Both the position numbers and the translations under genes were made by a program. The notes beneath the pieces were generated by a model. It saw nothing but the letters and a program-made list of their open reading frames with translations, was not told where the DNA came from and ran no database searches. Source: Tubiluchus corallicola (lineage: Eukaryota > Animalia > Priapulida). From it: a stretch of DNA of 64,000 bases. Shown one piece after another: positions 1-14,100 of the stretch. The DNA lies in assembly GCA_030141605.1 (NCBI GenBank), contig JAQGDQ010000113.1, forward strand, positions 310,001-374,000. The letters are read 5' to 3'. The first letter of the stretch is position 1, and the number at the start of each line of letters is the position of its first letter.

Positions 1-882
1 GTATACAAACAGCGGAATAAGTATTGTGGACGAACAATTTACAATGCCAGGTAAAGGATTTATAACCATGAGTATGAACTTTATCAGTTACATAACTCGG
101 AAAATAGTACGGTTTAGAAATATTAAATGTAAATTAGGTGGACGTATAGTTTCTCCAGCTCTTGCAGGGTAATCATGGGAATCAGTTAGTCAGTTGTAAG
201 TTTTGTAATTTACTCAGTTTATAATTTGCTGTTTTAAACTGTAATTTGAGTAAAGCATTCGGTAATTCACTTGGCATTTGACGTTAACAAAGTCGGCTCT
301 CGCGATTGCTGACTAGCTCATTCTGATAATAGAGAGATTTCAGCGTACAAAGACGAAAGCAAAAGCGTGTCCAACATGTTTACATTATGATCTGTAATGT
401 TGTAATTATTGACTGACCAAATATTACACATTATGCTTATGCTATTTGTTTTATAAGTAGTTGAGTCGAGAAGGTCACACTATGTATAAAGCCTGATGTG
501 CTGTTAAACTTTATAGTCATTCTACTGTATGAATATTACTCCATCCAGCAGTAAAGCGTGAGCGAAGCAAATTGTCAGAAAAAGCGACAAAAACAAACTC
601 AGCTTGTGTTTTTAATAATGTTCTATACCAGGGCCTTCTAAAGGCTCGTTAATATGAGATGATGGAAAGATGCAAAAATATATCCACACAAGCCTCACAT
701 ATAATGAACTAACTGCATGACTGAGCCAAAGATGTTTTAATTCTAACGTGTTTTTTCTTTATTATTATTCTTTAACGTGGACTGTTAAATCAGCTAATTT
801 GTCAAACGAAAAACCAAACTACCTTACTTTTAGATACCACGCATGCGCAGAGGTGCAAATTATTCTTTATTGTTCTATAGCT

Positions 883-970
<88 letters not shown>
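883..970. repeat. (GA)n microsatellite
   Basis: Near-perfect GA dinucleotide run read directly. Confidence 0.98.
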
Positions 971-973
<3 letters not shown>

Positions 974-1977
974 TCAAGTCAAATTATGAGTTTTACTGGG
1001 TTTTACAATCTAAAAATAAATCTTGTTCATACGGCGAAATGTCAAACTGCATGGCTAATTTACTAAACAACGAAAGGAGTCCAAGCTTAACTAATGTACT
1101 CAATGATTCGTTATAAGCAAACAATTTGTCAGCTTAATTGGCGTATTTGCTTAAATCTGATTAATAAAGTCCCTTGGAATCGAACACATTTCTCATTTTT
1201 GATAAGTAAAAATAACAAATGAAACGTACAATTTTTACATTGTGCATTTGATTTCTAAAGTGCATTAGCACAGCAGTTACAAGTCAACAACGGTTTTTGA
1301 GTTTCGTGATGGTATAGAAAAACAGGATGATTTTCACATCTTACTTCATTTTCAAATACGGTGAAAAGTATACATTTTAACACCTATAATAATGCCAGAG
1401 CATTTCCGACAATTTAAAAATAGGTTAAAAACTTAACTAACGGCAGACGAGCCCAGCTAGTGACGACATAACAACTGAACATAATTTTGAATAGTACAAA
1501 CATTCCAAAAGCGTGTTGCATCTATTTGCAAAAGGGAGAATTGAAGTAGAGTGCTACTGCACAAAATTCAATCTGATATACAAAAACTCGACAAGTTTTA
1601 AGTTTAAAAATTTAAATTTCAAGTTTATCAGTGCGCTCACAGATCAGTGAGCTTTCGAGCGTGTGTGCCACATCACAACTGAACATCTCTGAACTGAGAG
1701 GAACAGCACCTGTTTTTGTGCCACGCGATTCTCAGATGCAGGCGCTAGCGCTCATGTAACTAGCGAATGGCGAAATGCATGTAACAGGGAAGAAATAGCC
1801 GCGTGAACGCGAAATTAGATTCCTGTGGTAATAATTTATTTCACGTAAGACATTCTTGGAGTAATAATATGTGCACTTTCAATATTTTATAGAGAAGATG
1901 GCTTTGCGCTGTAGTATAAGATTGCGTCTGATTTTCCGTTAAATTATCTTTATCTTTTATATTTTTGCTATTTCCAG

Positions 1978-4900
1978 AGACTTGACTAGAGCCATTCTAA
2001 TTTCCATACCAGTTGTTACCGTTCTCTATGTGCTGACAAACATTTCATACTTCACAATCATGACACCAGAGGAGCTGCTTTCATCAGATGCAGTTGCGGT
2101 GGTAAGTGAAATTCTTAATTACTACACTTATGTTGTCGTAATAATTATATTAATTAGGGCTTGTTTCTTGAGTTTAAACCAACAATGTTATTTGCCAATA
2201 AATGTGGCTATTATTTCGGCGTGTTTCACTACGGTGCACCTTTTCGCTATTCAGCTACAAAGTAAATAAGAAATCAGTAAGAGTTCAACTCTGCTTTTTT
2301 CGTGGCACAAGCAAAAGTGTCGAAGTAACTCATATTTAAGGTTATTTTGAGAGCTGTTAGTCTGCCTGACGGACCGATCGACCGACCAGCTGGCTGACAG
2401 ACCGCTTAACTGAGCGACTCACTCACTTCTGACTCACTTCATTGATGACTCACTGCGTGGGTAACTGTTAGACTGACGGACTGTCTAATCCAAAGACTAT
2501 AAATTTCTAATAAACACTGAATAAAAATCGTGTCAATATTTCCATTACCACAAATTAAGAACTGTATATTTGGCACACCTTAAAATCTTTAGTTCCATAA
2601 CAGCCCTGAAGTGAACAGCAAATCAACAGTGATTTGAGTATATTTTATTTATTTTTTCAGACGTGGGCTGATGCAATGCTTGGTCCAATGACATGGATCA
2701 TACCTGTATTTGTGGCATTTTCAACATTCGGTGCAGCAAACGGAAGCTGTTTCACTGCAGGTAGAATATCACACGTGGCGGCAAGAGAAAAATGTATGCC
2801 TGGGGTCCTGTCTTATGTACACGTGACACGTTATACTCCGTCTCCAGCAATTATTCTTAATGTAAGAGATTCTGGTATATAAGTTTTGATCGCTACACAA
2901 CTTTTTAGTCAGATTTGTCTTTTTTGTTATTATTAAATGATAATATTTCGAGAACTATTCGTTCTTATCATTCACTTGAAGTCACTGGGTGTAAGTTTTT
3001 GTGTAAGAGGGACAATCTAGCAGTCAGACGACACGATTATTTTCTTGACTAATTAATGCTTTCAGAAACAGTCATCGTAATAATGTTAAACACAAAACAG
3101 GAAGTTTCGACGAAAATGACATTATATTAACATGTCTTTAAAATGGTTCAATGTCTATAATAAAATTGAGTCGGGGTTATGTTAAAATAACAGCACTGTA
3201 TAAGACAAATGCGTCCAATGCAACTTGAAAAACTAAAAACTAAAAAGTCAAACTAAAAAAAACTAAACAATATATAAATATATTTACAAACACGAAATTT
3301 CACATTAAATTTCACATGACATTTGCATTATGGATACATCTATGACATACCTAATTACATAACAATACAGTACATTACATAACATTTTACGTTTGCTGTT
3401 TTAGATGTAACATTCTATATAATATTAGACATTGGATTTTAGATAACTGTGATTTCACTTGTCGATAGCTAAACCGCGTGTTTTGCTTTTTGCAGTGCGT
3501 TATTGCAATGGGGATGATACTACCATCGGATATAGAAACATTGATTGATTTCTTTAGCTTTGCTGCTTGGATGTTTTACGGTTTATCAATGGTAGCTCTA
3601 ATCGTAATGAGATGGACGAAGCCAGATTTAGTTCGACCAGTTAAGGTAGCTGTTAACTATAATGCAATCTTCATTTTCCATCTGTTATGTTTAATTAATA
3701 TTTTTGATCAGACCTTTAAAAATGGCAGCTTAAATGGTCGTCGCGGGAGTTTAAATTTACAAGTTTTATACAGCGTTACTCTTAACGCAAGCTCAGCATA
3801 CAATAAGACAGCATGTAAGCGATATAAAATTTTCAAGACTAGCTTTTTAGGCTTTAATTATGAAAAATATTTTCTTGCGCTGTTAACACGGCTAAACAGA
3901 ATAATAAGTTACGAACCAATTATTTACTGACGAATTTCTCGCTTTACGTAGGTGGTAATCATCATTCCCATATTTGTACTTCTGATGGCGATCTACCTTG
4001 TAGTTGCTCCAATAGTGGAACACCCTGAGCTGGAGTATCTAATTGCTGTAGGATTCATCTTGGCTGGATTAATCCTTTATGTTCCCTTTGTATACTTCGC
4101 ATACGAGCCGAATCTCATGGGTAAAAATTAAAGATTGTTTATTTCATATCAGCGCACATACAATAAATACATTAAAAAATCAAAAAGTTTTCAATAATTC
4201 AATGGTTAGCAAACAGTAAGATACCCAATAAGATGCCCTCTTAAATGATATGTGTTGCAGGATTAAAGAAACCAAGCTTGTAAAAAATGCCCTGACTGTG
4301 AAACTTCGAGTAACAGGCCGAGTAATAGTAGGTTATTTAATAAAAATTGCAGCAAAAGCAAGAATTAAAACAAGATTGATAAAATTGCTCTAAATACCGT
4401 TAATACACAGGAATTTAATACACAGTTAATACGGTAAAAATTTAAACATGCAATTTCAAGATTACTAAATAGAAACTGAGCAAAATTGTGCAAATAGGCA
4501 GTAAATTAGCTAAGTACTAATGAAGAGTCATTGACAGTTAAATATACAGTAGGAAATAGGTAATTTAAACTTGGCGGTGTTTCCGATGTTAGAGTAAATG
4601 GTTTAGGTTGAGAGAATCTTTTCGTACTTCAAAAATAGTTTTTACAGTTTTCTGGCGCCTCTCAGCTAGAGTTTCTAATTTGCAATAGCTGAAGGCTTCT
4701 CCATAAGTTAAATTTTCATTAAGAATTAATAGAGCCCGAAACTGCACCTTTGGAAACTTTAGAAATCTATAGTTTCTATAGCAATCTTTTAGTTTCTGTA
4801 AAAATGTATAAGAAAACTTAATGTTGCTCTACTTTTTTTCCTCTTTTCTTTGTTGTTTTTTCCACAATCGGCACTCATTCTGGGACTCATCGTTCAGTGA

Positions 4901-5052
4901 TAGAGGTTGCTTTTAACGGGATCGGTATTTAACAAGGATAATCCTATCAAATTGGTGATAGTTTTGTTTGTTTGTTTCCAGATTATTTTACGATGTTTTG
5001 GCAGCTCCTGTTTGAAGTGGCACCCCCTGAAGCTGAACTTCACAGGGACTAA
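1978..5052 (+). CDS. SLC7A9: SLC7 (L-type/b(0,+)) amino-acid transporter light chain, last five coding exons; 5' part lies upstream of the window
   Basis: Exons 1978-2101, 2661-2861, 3496-3645, 3952-4120 and 4982-5052 are all AG/GT bounded and phase-compatible. They translate [41 protein letters not shown] / [35 protein letters not shown]...TPSPAIILN / ...[15 protein letters not shown]...RPVK / ...[13 protein letters not shown] / [38 protein letters not shown] and the C-terminal QLL.EV.PP are typical of b(0,+)AT/SLC7A9. The symbol means 'SLC7A9-like'. Confidence 0.9.
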
Positions 5053-5959
5053 TCTGTGTGTTACACACAGCAGCTCGTGCCTGCAAGTATATGGCTTTAA
5101 AGAACCCAAGGTAAATGCCGATTAATTTGAAGAGGATAAATTTGTCAATAAATTTGGCTTCTGTGCGACCTTCCATGAAGCCAATAAGTGGCAAAACGAT
5201 TGTGGAATGATCATAATGGCAGACAACATTTTAATGGTGCAAATGATTCCAATGGTGCTAATACCTAGTCAAATTTGATACTCGCAGAACAAAGTCTACA
5301 TAGTTCTTTTCACTGAGTGAGTAATGTTATATATTCAGCATGCTTAGGCTGTAATTTAAATTATACAATTGGAATGTCATTTGGTGAGCTGCCTTCTCAA
5401 AAGAGAGAAAATTTATAAATTTGCTCTAGCAAATTTTCTCAATTAAATTTATACAAATCGAGATAAACAATTATTAGCTGCCTTATTAACGACGATTTTT
5501 TGCAAACGTTTTCAAGTTTTAGAAAGTACATTTTCTATTAGAGTTTAAGTGCAATAATATTTTTCATGGCAAGGTATTATATTAACGACGATTTTTTGCG
5601 CAACTGTTTTATATGAATTGTGATTTTATGTGATTTTAGAAATGCAATTTTAATTCTTTTAATGTGCAGTTTGCAAAATTAAGAGGATATTTGTACTTGG
5701 ACCTATGTGTATATGCTTGTGTATATGTATTAAATCATTAATTATAATTAAAATAATACACTATGTATCCAGAAAGTGTTTTTGTGAAATCGAAGCTATC
5801 AGTGTAACATAAAGTAATGTAATATAATATAAAATTCATTTATATAGCGCATTACATCTTTTAAAATCTCAGTACGCTGAACAGTAAAATACATTCAAAA
5901 TTCATAAGATTCGTCAAACTTAAAAAAATTAAAAAAACACAATTCATTAAAAAAAGCTA

Positions 5960-6290
5960 TAATCTAAACAAATGCGTTTTTAAGATGTTGTTTAAAACAA
6001 TCTAAGGAATTTGCAGAACAGGTAAGTTATTCCAGAGATGCGGAGCACAAACAGAAAATGCTTTTTCACCATATAATACTGTATTAGGAATTGGCTGATA
6101 TAAATTAATTTATTCATTAGCATTAGAACGAAGTTTTCGGCTTATGTTACGGCGTATTAAAAGATCGGTGAGATATGTAGGTGCCAAGCAATGTACTATT
6201 TTGAAGGTGATGCAAAGAATTTAATTGAATTCATAACTTTGTCGGCAACCAATGTAGCTCTCTTGGAATATGTGTAAAGTGACCATATTT
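5960..6290 (-). mobile_element. Decayed LINE (L2/CR1-type) ORF2 3' fragment
   Basis: Minus strand reads YGEKAFSVCAPHLWNNLP...SLDCFKQHLKTHLF, the typical C-terminus of L2/CR1-group ORF2; frameshifted. Confidence 0.7.
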
Positions 6291-6839
6291 TCTAGTTTTG
6301 TTTGAGACAAGTAACTAACGAGTTCTGAATTAGTTGGAGTTTGCGATTTTCATGTTCAGGGGGTCCAAAAAGTGTAAAGCACAATTTACACAATCCAATT
6401 TTCATCTGATTTTGTCGATCAAGAAAGTTGGGAAAGCCCATCCGACACTTGCATTGTCGCGGGAATTCAAATTTTGAACAACTTAAACATTGACGTTTGA
6501 CAAATTCGTACTGTTTGAATGTTGCATTTGGTACTTTATAGTTTGCAAAAACATCCAAATGCTACAGTTTGTAGTTTAGTTTCTGTCTTAATTGTTAGTT
6601 TAAACATAATTTATTATAGGATTGGATCAGATAGTTTGAACAACATGATTTAAGATTCTCACCACAACAGACTATATACACTATTCACAAAAACAGTTAC
6701 AGTAAGAATTGACTATAACTACACAAGCTCACAAGTTTTACTAAAAGATTACATTAGATATTAGTAACAAATGACAGTTAGAAAATAATAATGTACGAAT
6801 ATTTAAGACTGACGCATTTCATATCAGATAGAAACTACT

Positions 6840-7440
6840 GGAAGCGCTTAGTACCAAATAAAAAGTCGAAATATAGTACGAAATGCATTGGAATATTTTA
6901 CAGTTAACGACATAATTAAATTCATCTTTTCCAAACATTAACAACTTCAACAAATCATTAGTTCTTAACGCAGCTATATTGAGGTTTTCAGGCAGCAGTA
7001 TATCATTTAATTTATCAAACATAACAACCCTAGTTTGTTGACAGAATGGGCAGTGCAACAAAGAGTGTTCAACAGACTCAATTCGAAATGCACAGTTACA
7101 ATTCGGCAATACTGGATGACAGTTATTATCCAGTATACAGCCATTAGAGAAAAGATCATAGTTTTGCTGAGAAAATCCGATTCTGATGCACAGAAATTGG
7201 AGGTTTACCAAATGAAAAATGCTTCTTATGCAATGAAAAACGTAAATGAGTTTTGAGCTCTTGTTTGAGGTCTGAAAAGGATGTAATTCCACGAATGTTC
7301 TGTGGTAAGTTGTTCCACACATTAATTATCGATATGAAAAAAACATTTTTTACAGCTGACAGAACGGCAGTTGAAATTTCTGTATTTAGTACCACTGCGT
7401 ATATAATAGGGGGTAACTTCGTTTACCTTTGGCGGTAGTA
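6840..7440 (-). mobile_element. Decayed CR1-type LINE 3' fragment
   Basis: Overlapping broken frames: FFISIINVWNNLPQNIRGITSFSDLKQELK, then RIGFSQQNYDLF...CNCAFRIESVEHSLLHCP (C-terminal Cys/His knuckle of CR1-like ORF2). Confidence 0.75.
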
Positions 7441-7621
7441 TTGCACTTAAATAGTGTGGCGCTAAATCATTGATAATTTTGAAAAAAGGCATAGGCGATA
7501 ATAATTGAAGCGCGTCACTAATTTAGTGAAGCCGCTGTCAGATAAGATACCTGCAGTGGAAGATAGAAACATAGCGCCGGAACAAATTCTAGCACCATTA
7601 GTTGTTAAATGCCGTAACCCC

Positions 7622-7870
<249 letters not shown>

Positions 7871-8197
7871 CCTATCCAGTTTATGACTTATATAATAAAG
7901 TGACAGACGGCAAGATTTTTGTAATAGTTACATATAATAGTTATATTTGTATTGTTAGAGTGAATAAATTTATTATAATCGTTGTTAATGAAAATATCAA
8001 GTCTATAGCTGTTTAAAACCTTTACTTTGCTTACCACTCGAAGAACCCCCCGAAAAATGAAATAACTAAACTATGAAGCAACTAGAACTCGTAGCACTGC
8101 TTGACCGAGATCAGGAAAACTTTAGAATATAAATTTGTAAGATGGGTAATTAAGGCATTCATGTTGGAATTAATCACCATTCTTGGTGCGTATACGA

Positions 8198-8697
8198 AGG
8201 CCTGGTCTGTATGTGTTACAGTGAACAAATAATATCTGTAAGCATTGATCTGGTCTGGATGTGTTACAATGGAAAAATATTATTTGTAATCACTTGCCTG
8301 GTCTGTATATGTTATAGTGGACAAAATAATATCTGCAAGCATTGGCCTTCTCTGAATGTGCTACAATGGAAAAATAATATTTGTAATCACTTGCCTGGTC
8401 TAAATGTGTTACAGTGAGCAAAATAATAGCTGTAATCATTTGCCTGGTCTGAATGTGTTACAGTGAGCAAAATAATAGTTGTAATCATTTGCCTGGTCTG
8501 AATGTGTTACAGTCTTACAGGGGACAAAATAATATTTGCAAGCTTTAGCCTTGTCCGTGGATGTTATAGTGGACAAAATAATATCTATAAGCAATTGCCT
8601 GGTCTGGTCTGAATGCGTTACAGTGAACAAAATAATATCTGTAAGCTTTAGCTTGGTCTGTATGCGTTACAGTGGAAAATAATATCTGTAAGCATTT
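8198..8697. repeat. ~50-bp minisatellite, about 10 diverged copies
   Basis: Recurrent unit resembling CCTGGTCTGAATGTGTTACAGTGAGCAAAATAATAGCTGTAATCATTTG. Confidence 0.9.
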
Positions 8698-11103
8698 TCT
8701 TCACAGACGCGATAAGTAATAGAAGCACGTACGTAGCGCTGTCACTTTGTCACACAGGTCAGCAACACAAATTTTACATTATATGCATTAATCATAAGGT
8801 AGACTTATACAAAAGATACACACGTTTGTTACAATTCAGTATCTACTGTGCGTACAAGGAAGTGTGGCAAGGTCAAGTCATTTATAAGACAAGTTCGCAA
8901 AAATGAAGATTATGAAAGGGCACCGTAGTTTGGTAAGTTAAAGCATTAAGAAGCTGAATTCGTTTTTAGGCGTTTTCCTGTTACTTTTTTCTTACAGTTC
9001 TGCAATCTTACACCTGATGAATTAGATTAAATTGAAATTCATTAGCGTTGATAAAACTTTAACCGTTTAAACATGAAATTTTTTAAACGATGGCTTTGTA
9101 TTTTTGACGATTACCGATTTCTTAGAATTAGACCAACTCGCAATGTGTTTACAAGCTACTTCGGGTCATTTCAGAAAACGAGCATTATAACTTTTGACAC
9201 AATTTTTACAGGTTGCTAAATTTTTTACAAAGTGGTCTTTCTATATTGCATCGTTGTAATAATAGTCGTTTAAGCTTGTCGCAACCGATTGTAGCGACAT
9301 TTATGGTAATGATAAAAATAAAGGTGATAATGATGATCTAACTGACTCTACAAGGGACAGCCACTTGAAAGTAATTCTGAATTTTATAGTAAATGACACT
9401 TTTGATGCAAAATGAATGAATTAAATTACCCACGGTGTTAAAAAAAGAATAAGAAAAAAGGCGAAGCTGGGCCTTGTCCGGTCTGTTAGCCGAAAAAAGG
9501 GGACTGACTGGATATAGCTGCCAAACCTTCAAGAATGGTTCTTTAAAGCCATTCTAGCAGCGTTTTGAACATTTTAACAAAAATTACATTTTGGGCCGCT
9601 GTCCGAACACCAAAAAGTCAACAAATGATCCTACACTTTGGCGGCTTATAACTCCAATTATTATCCACTTATTAACAGCTAGACACTTGGGAACTATTAG
9701 GGACGAATAGGAACTTATTATGGGTTTTCATTTGGTGGTATGATGACAAGCTCATTCATAGAAGCTGCCATATTCTCTCCATATGGCCTTGGTCGCAAAG
9801 CAAAGGAACCTTTAATCATGCCAAATAAAAAACGATTTTTCCATATGACCTGGGAAGCAGTTCTATTGTGTTTAAGTTTTAATTTATTTATTTTGTTTAA
9901 AATTTATTCACGACATTCGTGTAATTATTACCTTGCTCGTCATCACGCTTCAGAATTTTTATATCTGTAATAAATCCCGCCCTTCCCTTAATCCTTCCCT
10001 TAATAAAGAAAATTGAGGGCTATGCATACAATCTCGCCGTGCTACACTGGTGTCGCTGATTTTCACACATTCTTCTTGTAAATGGCAGCATCATATTGTT
10101 TCCCAATAAATTTCAACAAAAGGAACAGTTCATTTCATTTCTTTGTTTCAATAATAAAGTGCATACTTAATTCTCTCATCCGGGCAAGCACAATATTTGG
10201 TATGTTATTATTCAGTTTCAGTCAATTCCTAACTGCTCAGCACATGTAGGAACTTATTATAAGTGCTGACTGTATAATCAAATTAATTGTAGTTTCTTAC
10301 AGGTGTCAAAAATTCTGAAGCCTGATAGCGAGTAGTGCAGTTATTTAAAAGTCGCAAATAAATTTATCTATCATTATTTCAGCAATATGCCTGTGTGTGT
10401 GTTGCCAATTCATTTTATTTTATTTAATCAAAAATGTAATCAAGTGCAACATTAGTATAAAACTCTTGTTTACAAGTTACTAATGATTTAAACTTACAGT
10501 TTCCAAGAAAATCATTACACAGCGAGATGGCCTACCTAGGCCGATAACTACCTGTGCACATTTTCGGCACACATTGACTTATTTACATACACAAAAACTT
10601 TGCTAACCTCATGCACCTTAAATGGCTATTTTAGAGAATCTTAATCTAAATATTCCCATTTGTCCTCAACATGTCAGACATTTTAGCAATTCTGCTTTTT
10701 TACGATAATACAATACGTGTCGCAATGTTTTTAACAACAGTGACAAAGTAAGTTGAACTTACAGTTTTATGTAGATTTTGCTATTTCGGACGGAGTGCCT
10801 GAAAGCTGTTTTCTGAGCATTGTTGCATTGTTTGTGTTTATTGGGCACACCAAGCTAGCTACTAAATTCAAAAACATGCTTCAGATCAATGTTGTAGATG
10901 ATTTCTACCATATTTTTCTCAATTATCGCTTAACTCCTTCAGGACCGCACCATTCAAAATTGGTCTTGTAGGACCTTTTTTATGACTTTTCTGCTCCTGT
11001 ATGAGCAAGACATAACTAAATGATTACAAATTAGGTATTGTTCTATTAAGGAGAATCTCAGTTATCCAATCATGCTTTTTGCTTAATCTTATTTTCTTTT
11101 CAG

Positions 11104-14100
11104 ATTTATGTAGTTTTGATTTGTCACTTACCAGCTATAAGAGCCGAAGGTGAGCAAAATCTATTTTATCATTGTGAGATAAATACAACCGCTAGTGCTA
11201 AATAATCTTTTCTTAAAAACAGCAAAAGCACCTAACTTGGGCAACAAAAACTAAGCTATTCAGTATTAGCCATTCATATACTATAAGCAAGACTGGACAA
11301 TTCAAGCAGGTAAGATGCAAGCATACATATTTTAGCTACGGTAACATAACATAGCTAATTCAACGTTTTCAGAAATACTCCTGCACATTCACGTTTCTTC
11401 AACTACCCACACACGCAAAAAGGTTGAAACGGTTGAGCCAAACTGAAATACTGAAATCAGCATTTGAGAGTCACTATCTTATTAACCAACCAACCAGCCA
11501 ACCAACCATCACCGAAGAAAACACATCCTCCTTGACGTACATAATGATTCTTGTATTTGTACTCTAAATGTAATGTACCTTTTCAGTTAGTGGTGAAACA
11601 CTTAGTAGCAATTTTCCATGTTTCAGCCTCTGTCACGTGAAATTAGCCCTGTTTATTTAAAAAGATTAGTCCTCATCTACCCTAACCCAGAATAAGGCGG
11701 TGTTATTTTGAATAGGTGTTTCCCTAAGCCAGCCATTTACATGAAAAATAACTTTAGCTAAAGCCCTTGAAATTTGTGATAGTAATCGAAAAACAGAACG
11801 GCGCCAGTAACCTCCACTCTCCATCTTGGCAGACCGGCGAAAAGGATCTACTGATGGTCATTCGAACTCAAAACCCCGTTCTCTCAATTTCTTCACCACG
11901 TGATCTCTCTTTAGTTATAGAGGTCATTGGTAGGCTCAGAAGCAATTTTGGTACAACGTATTTAAGTTATGCATTTTGCATTCAAAATGTGGAACATGTT
12001 TCACCCAGATTTAGTATTATTGCTGTTTAAGAGATGACTCTAACTTGAACTTTGATACTATATGTGATTTGTTCAAATGTGATTTATCTCTTGTCTGCTC
12101 TTATATTTATAACTGCCTTAATCGCCTTAATTAAACTTTCCGATTAGATTCTTTCCGATTAGACATTTCATGTCTATGTCTATTCTATGAGCTCAGCATG
12201 TTTAGTATTGGACTTTCATATTAGTTATCAATATTCGCACGCCATCCGTTATTTCTAGGAAGCTTTTGTTGTCTCTCGTTTCTAGTGCCAGTAGTGATAA
12301 GGTGTTATTTGTGTATTTGTAATTTGTCAGCTAGTAGTCTTGTTTTGTAATTTGTGTATGTTCGTTTGTATGTATGCAGGGCTTGTGTATGTATGTATTT
12401 CATGGTTTCGAGTGTATATATGTATTTGACTGTATATTTTATTTTGTTTTTTTTTTGATAATTTTATGACGTCAATAAAATTTAATAATAATAAATAAAC
12501 ATAAAGGTGCACATAGTGCGCTGCATGAATTCAGCAATTATGCTTGTATTAATTTTCTGTGTTTTGCAGCCAAAGGAAAGCCAAAAGACACACAAATTGA
12601 GTCATATCGAAAAATTTTGCTCAGTGGTCTGTCTGACCCACTATTCGATGATGAGATCCCTGAGTTCATAGTAGATGATCACATAAGCGCTGAAAATCTG
12701 ACAAAAATATCCGATTTAGAAATGGAAGAATCATCCCTGTTTGATGATTTCCAAGAGTATTTTACCGAAGGTAAGCGACAACTGCTTCCCCAACATTCGC
12801 CATCAAAATAATATTCGTTTCAAAGATAACAACTTAATGCGACTTGAATGAGCTAGTAATTAGGTAATAATGCTTTTTATAAAATGTTACGCGAAATTTA
12901 TATTGAGTTTTTAACTGGAATCACGTGGAAACTGGAAAACACTTTTGCAATGGCTCAATGATCACCATCAAAATTATGATTCACTTGTCAGAAGTAATGC
13001 TAACATTTTTAATATTTCTGTGAAGGATTGTGACACCCCAGTCCAAAAAAATTGGGTGCCATTTTTTTCGAGCCCATTCAGAGAAATGTCCTATTGTTGA
13101 CTATAAAGACGTGCTTGAAAATCGCAGAACGTCTTTATGGTACTTTATGGTGCTGTATGCAAATATGATATTAGTTTCTTCGTATGAACGGACCCTAGCA
13201 GTTGCCTTAACAGCCCATGTTACTGTACTCCTTCTGGACCGGAAGTAGGACGCGCCCTAATTATTTAGTAAACAAAACTGAAACTTGCTGGAATGGGGTA
13301 TTTTAGAATGCTAAATACAAATACGAACTTTCCCTACGGATGGATCAATTTTGCTCACACGGCAATTTTATAGGGTTTTCTGGGAAACTGAAATAGGGCA
13401 AATCGTAATATTGAACACAAAATTCTAAATATTGCAGGAAAGGGCTTTAAGCCATGCCGAAAGCAAACCTACTATTGGTTTTTTTGAACAAACGGATCTA
13501 GTTGCCCAAACGGGCGAGCTTAGAGTTTTTTAAGGACCCATAGGTAGGTCACAGTTCTCACATGAAAAAAAATTACTAGCATGACGTATTAGCTGTGCTG
13601 AGCGTGAATCCGATGTTGTTACTTTTGGGGAAAAATTGGCCTAAACAACTCAACTTTATGCCCAATCAAAAGAATATGTCATGCAAAGTTCAGGAGAAGA
13701 TGGTGAAGCCCCGAGAAGACAGACAACTATTGGCTCGAGGTTTTAGCCGTACAACAGCCACGCCCTGAACTTGGAAAAACGTTAGATGACATCATTACCG
13801 GTTTTGAGTTTTCTGCTATCCAAAAGTTGTTGTTCTCTCCTGATGGATAAATGTTCTTTCATTAAGCTTTTAAGAATTTCGCTTTAGAAGGAAAAGATGT
13901 TACAAGATACGTTTCAGTGATTGAGTCAAGAAGAAAATGTACATTATCGACGTCATGGTTGTTGTCCAAAGTATTAAGAAAGAGCCTAGCATGGAGGCCT
14001 GCTGCGATTTTGCAGAAACCTTCGTGCAAGCAATGATAAGATCATGAGAGCTTACATAGAGGGCAGAGTTATCTTTGACCGATACATTAAAGACTCACTA

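Noticed and set aside
748-1116. ORF with poly-ER tract (also the SL/HT/ER ORFs at 7505-7903, 23870-24085, 28418-28682)
   Set aside because: Translations of GA/CT/CA microsatellites.
8198-8697. Possible CRISPR-like or coding repeat
   Set aside because: Diverged tandem minisatellite without spacers; unit length not a consistent multiple of 3.
10972-11034. Candidate start exon for the pentraxin gene
   Set aside because: The ATG before the donor runs into an in-frame TAG at the junction and the other ATGs also hit stops; start exon left unassigned.
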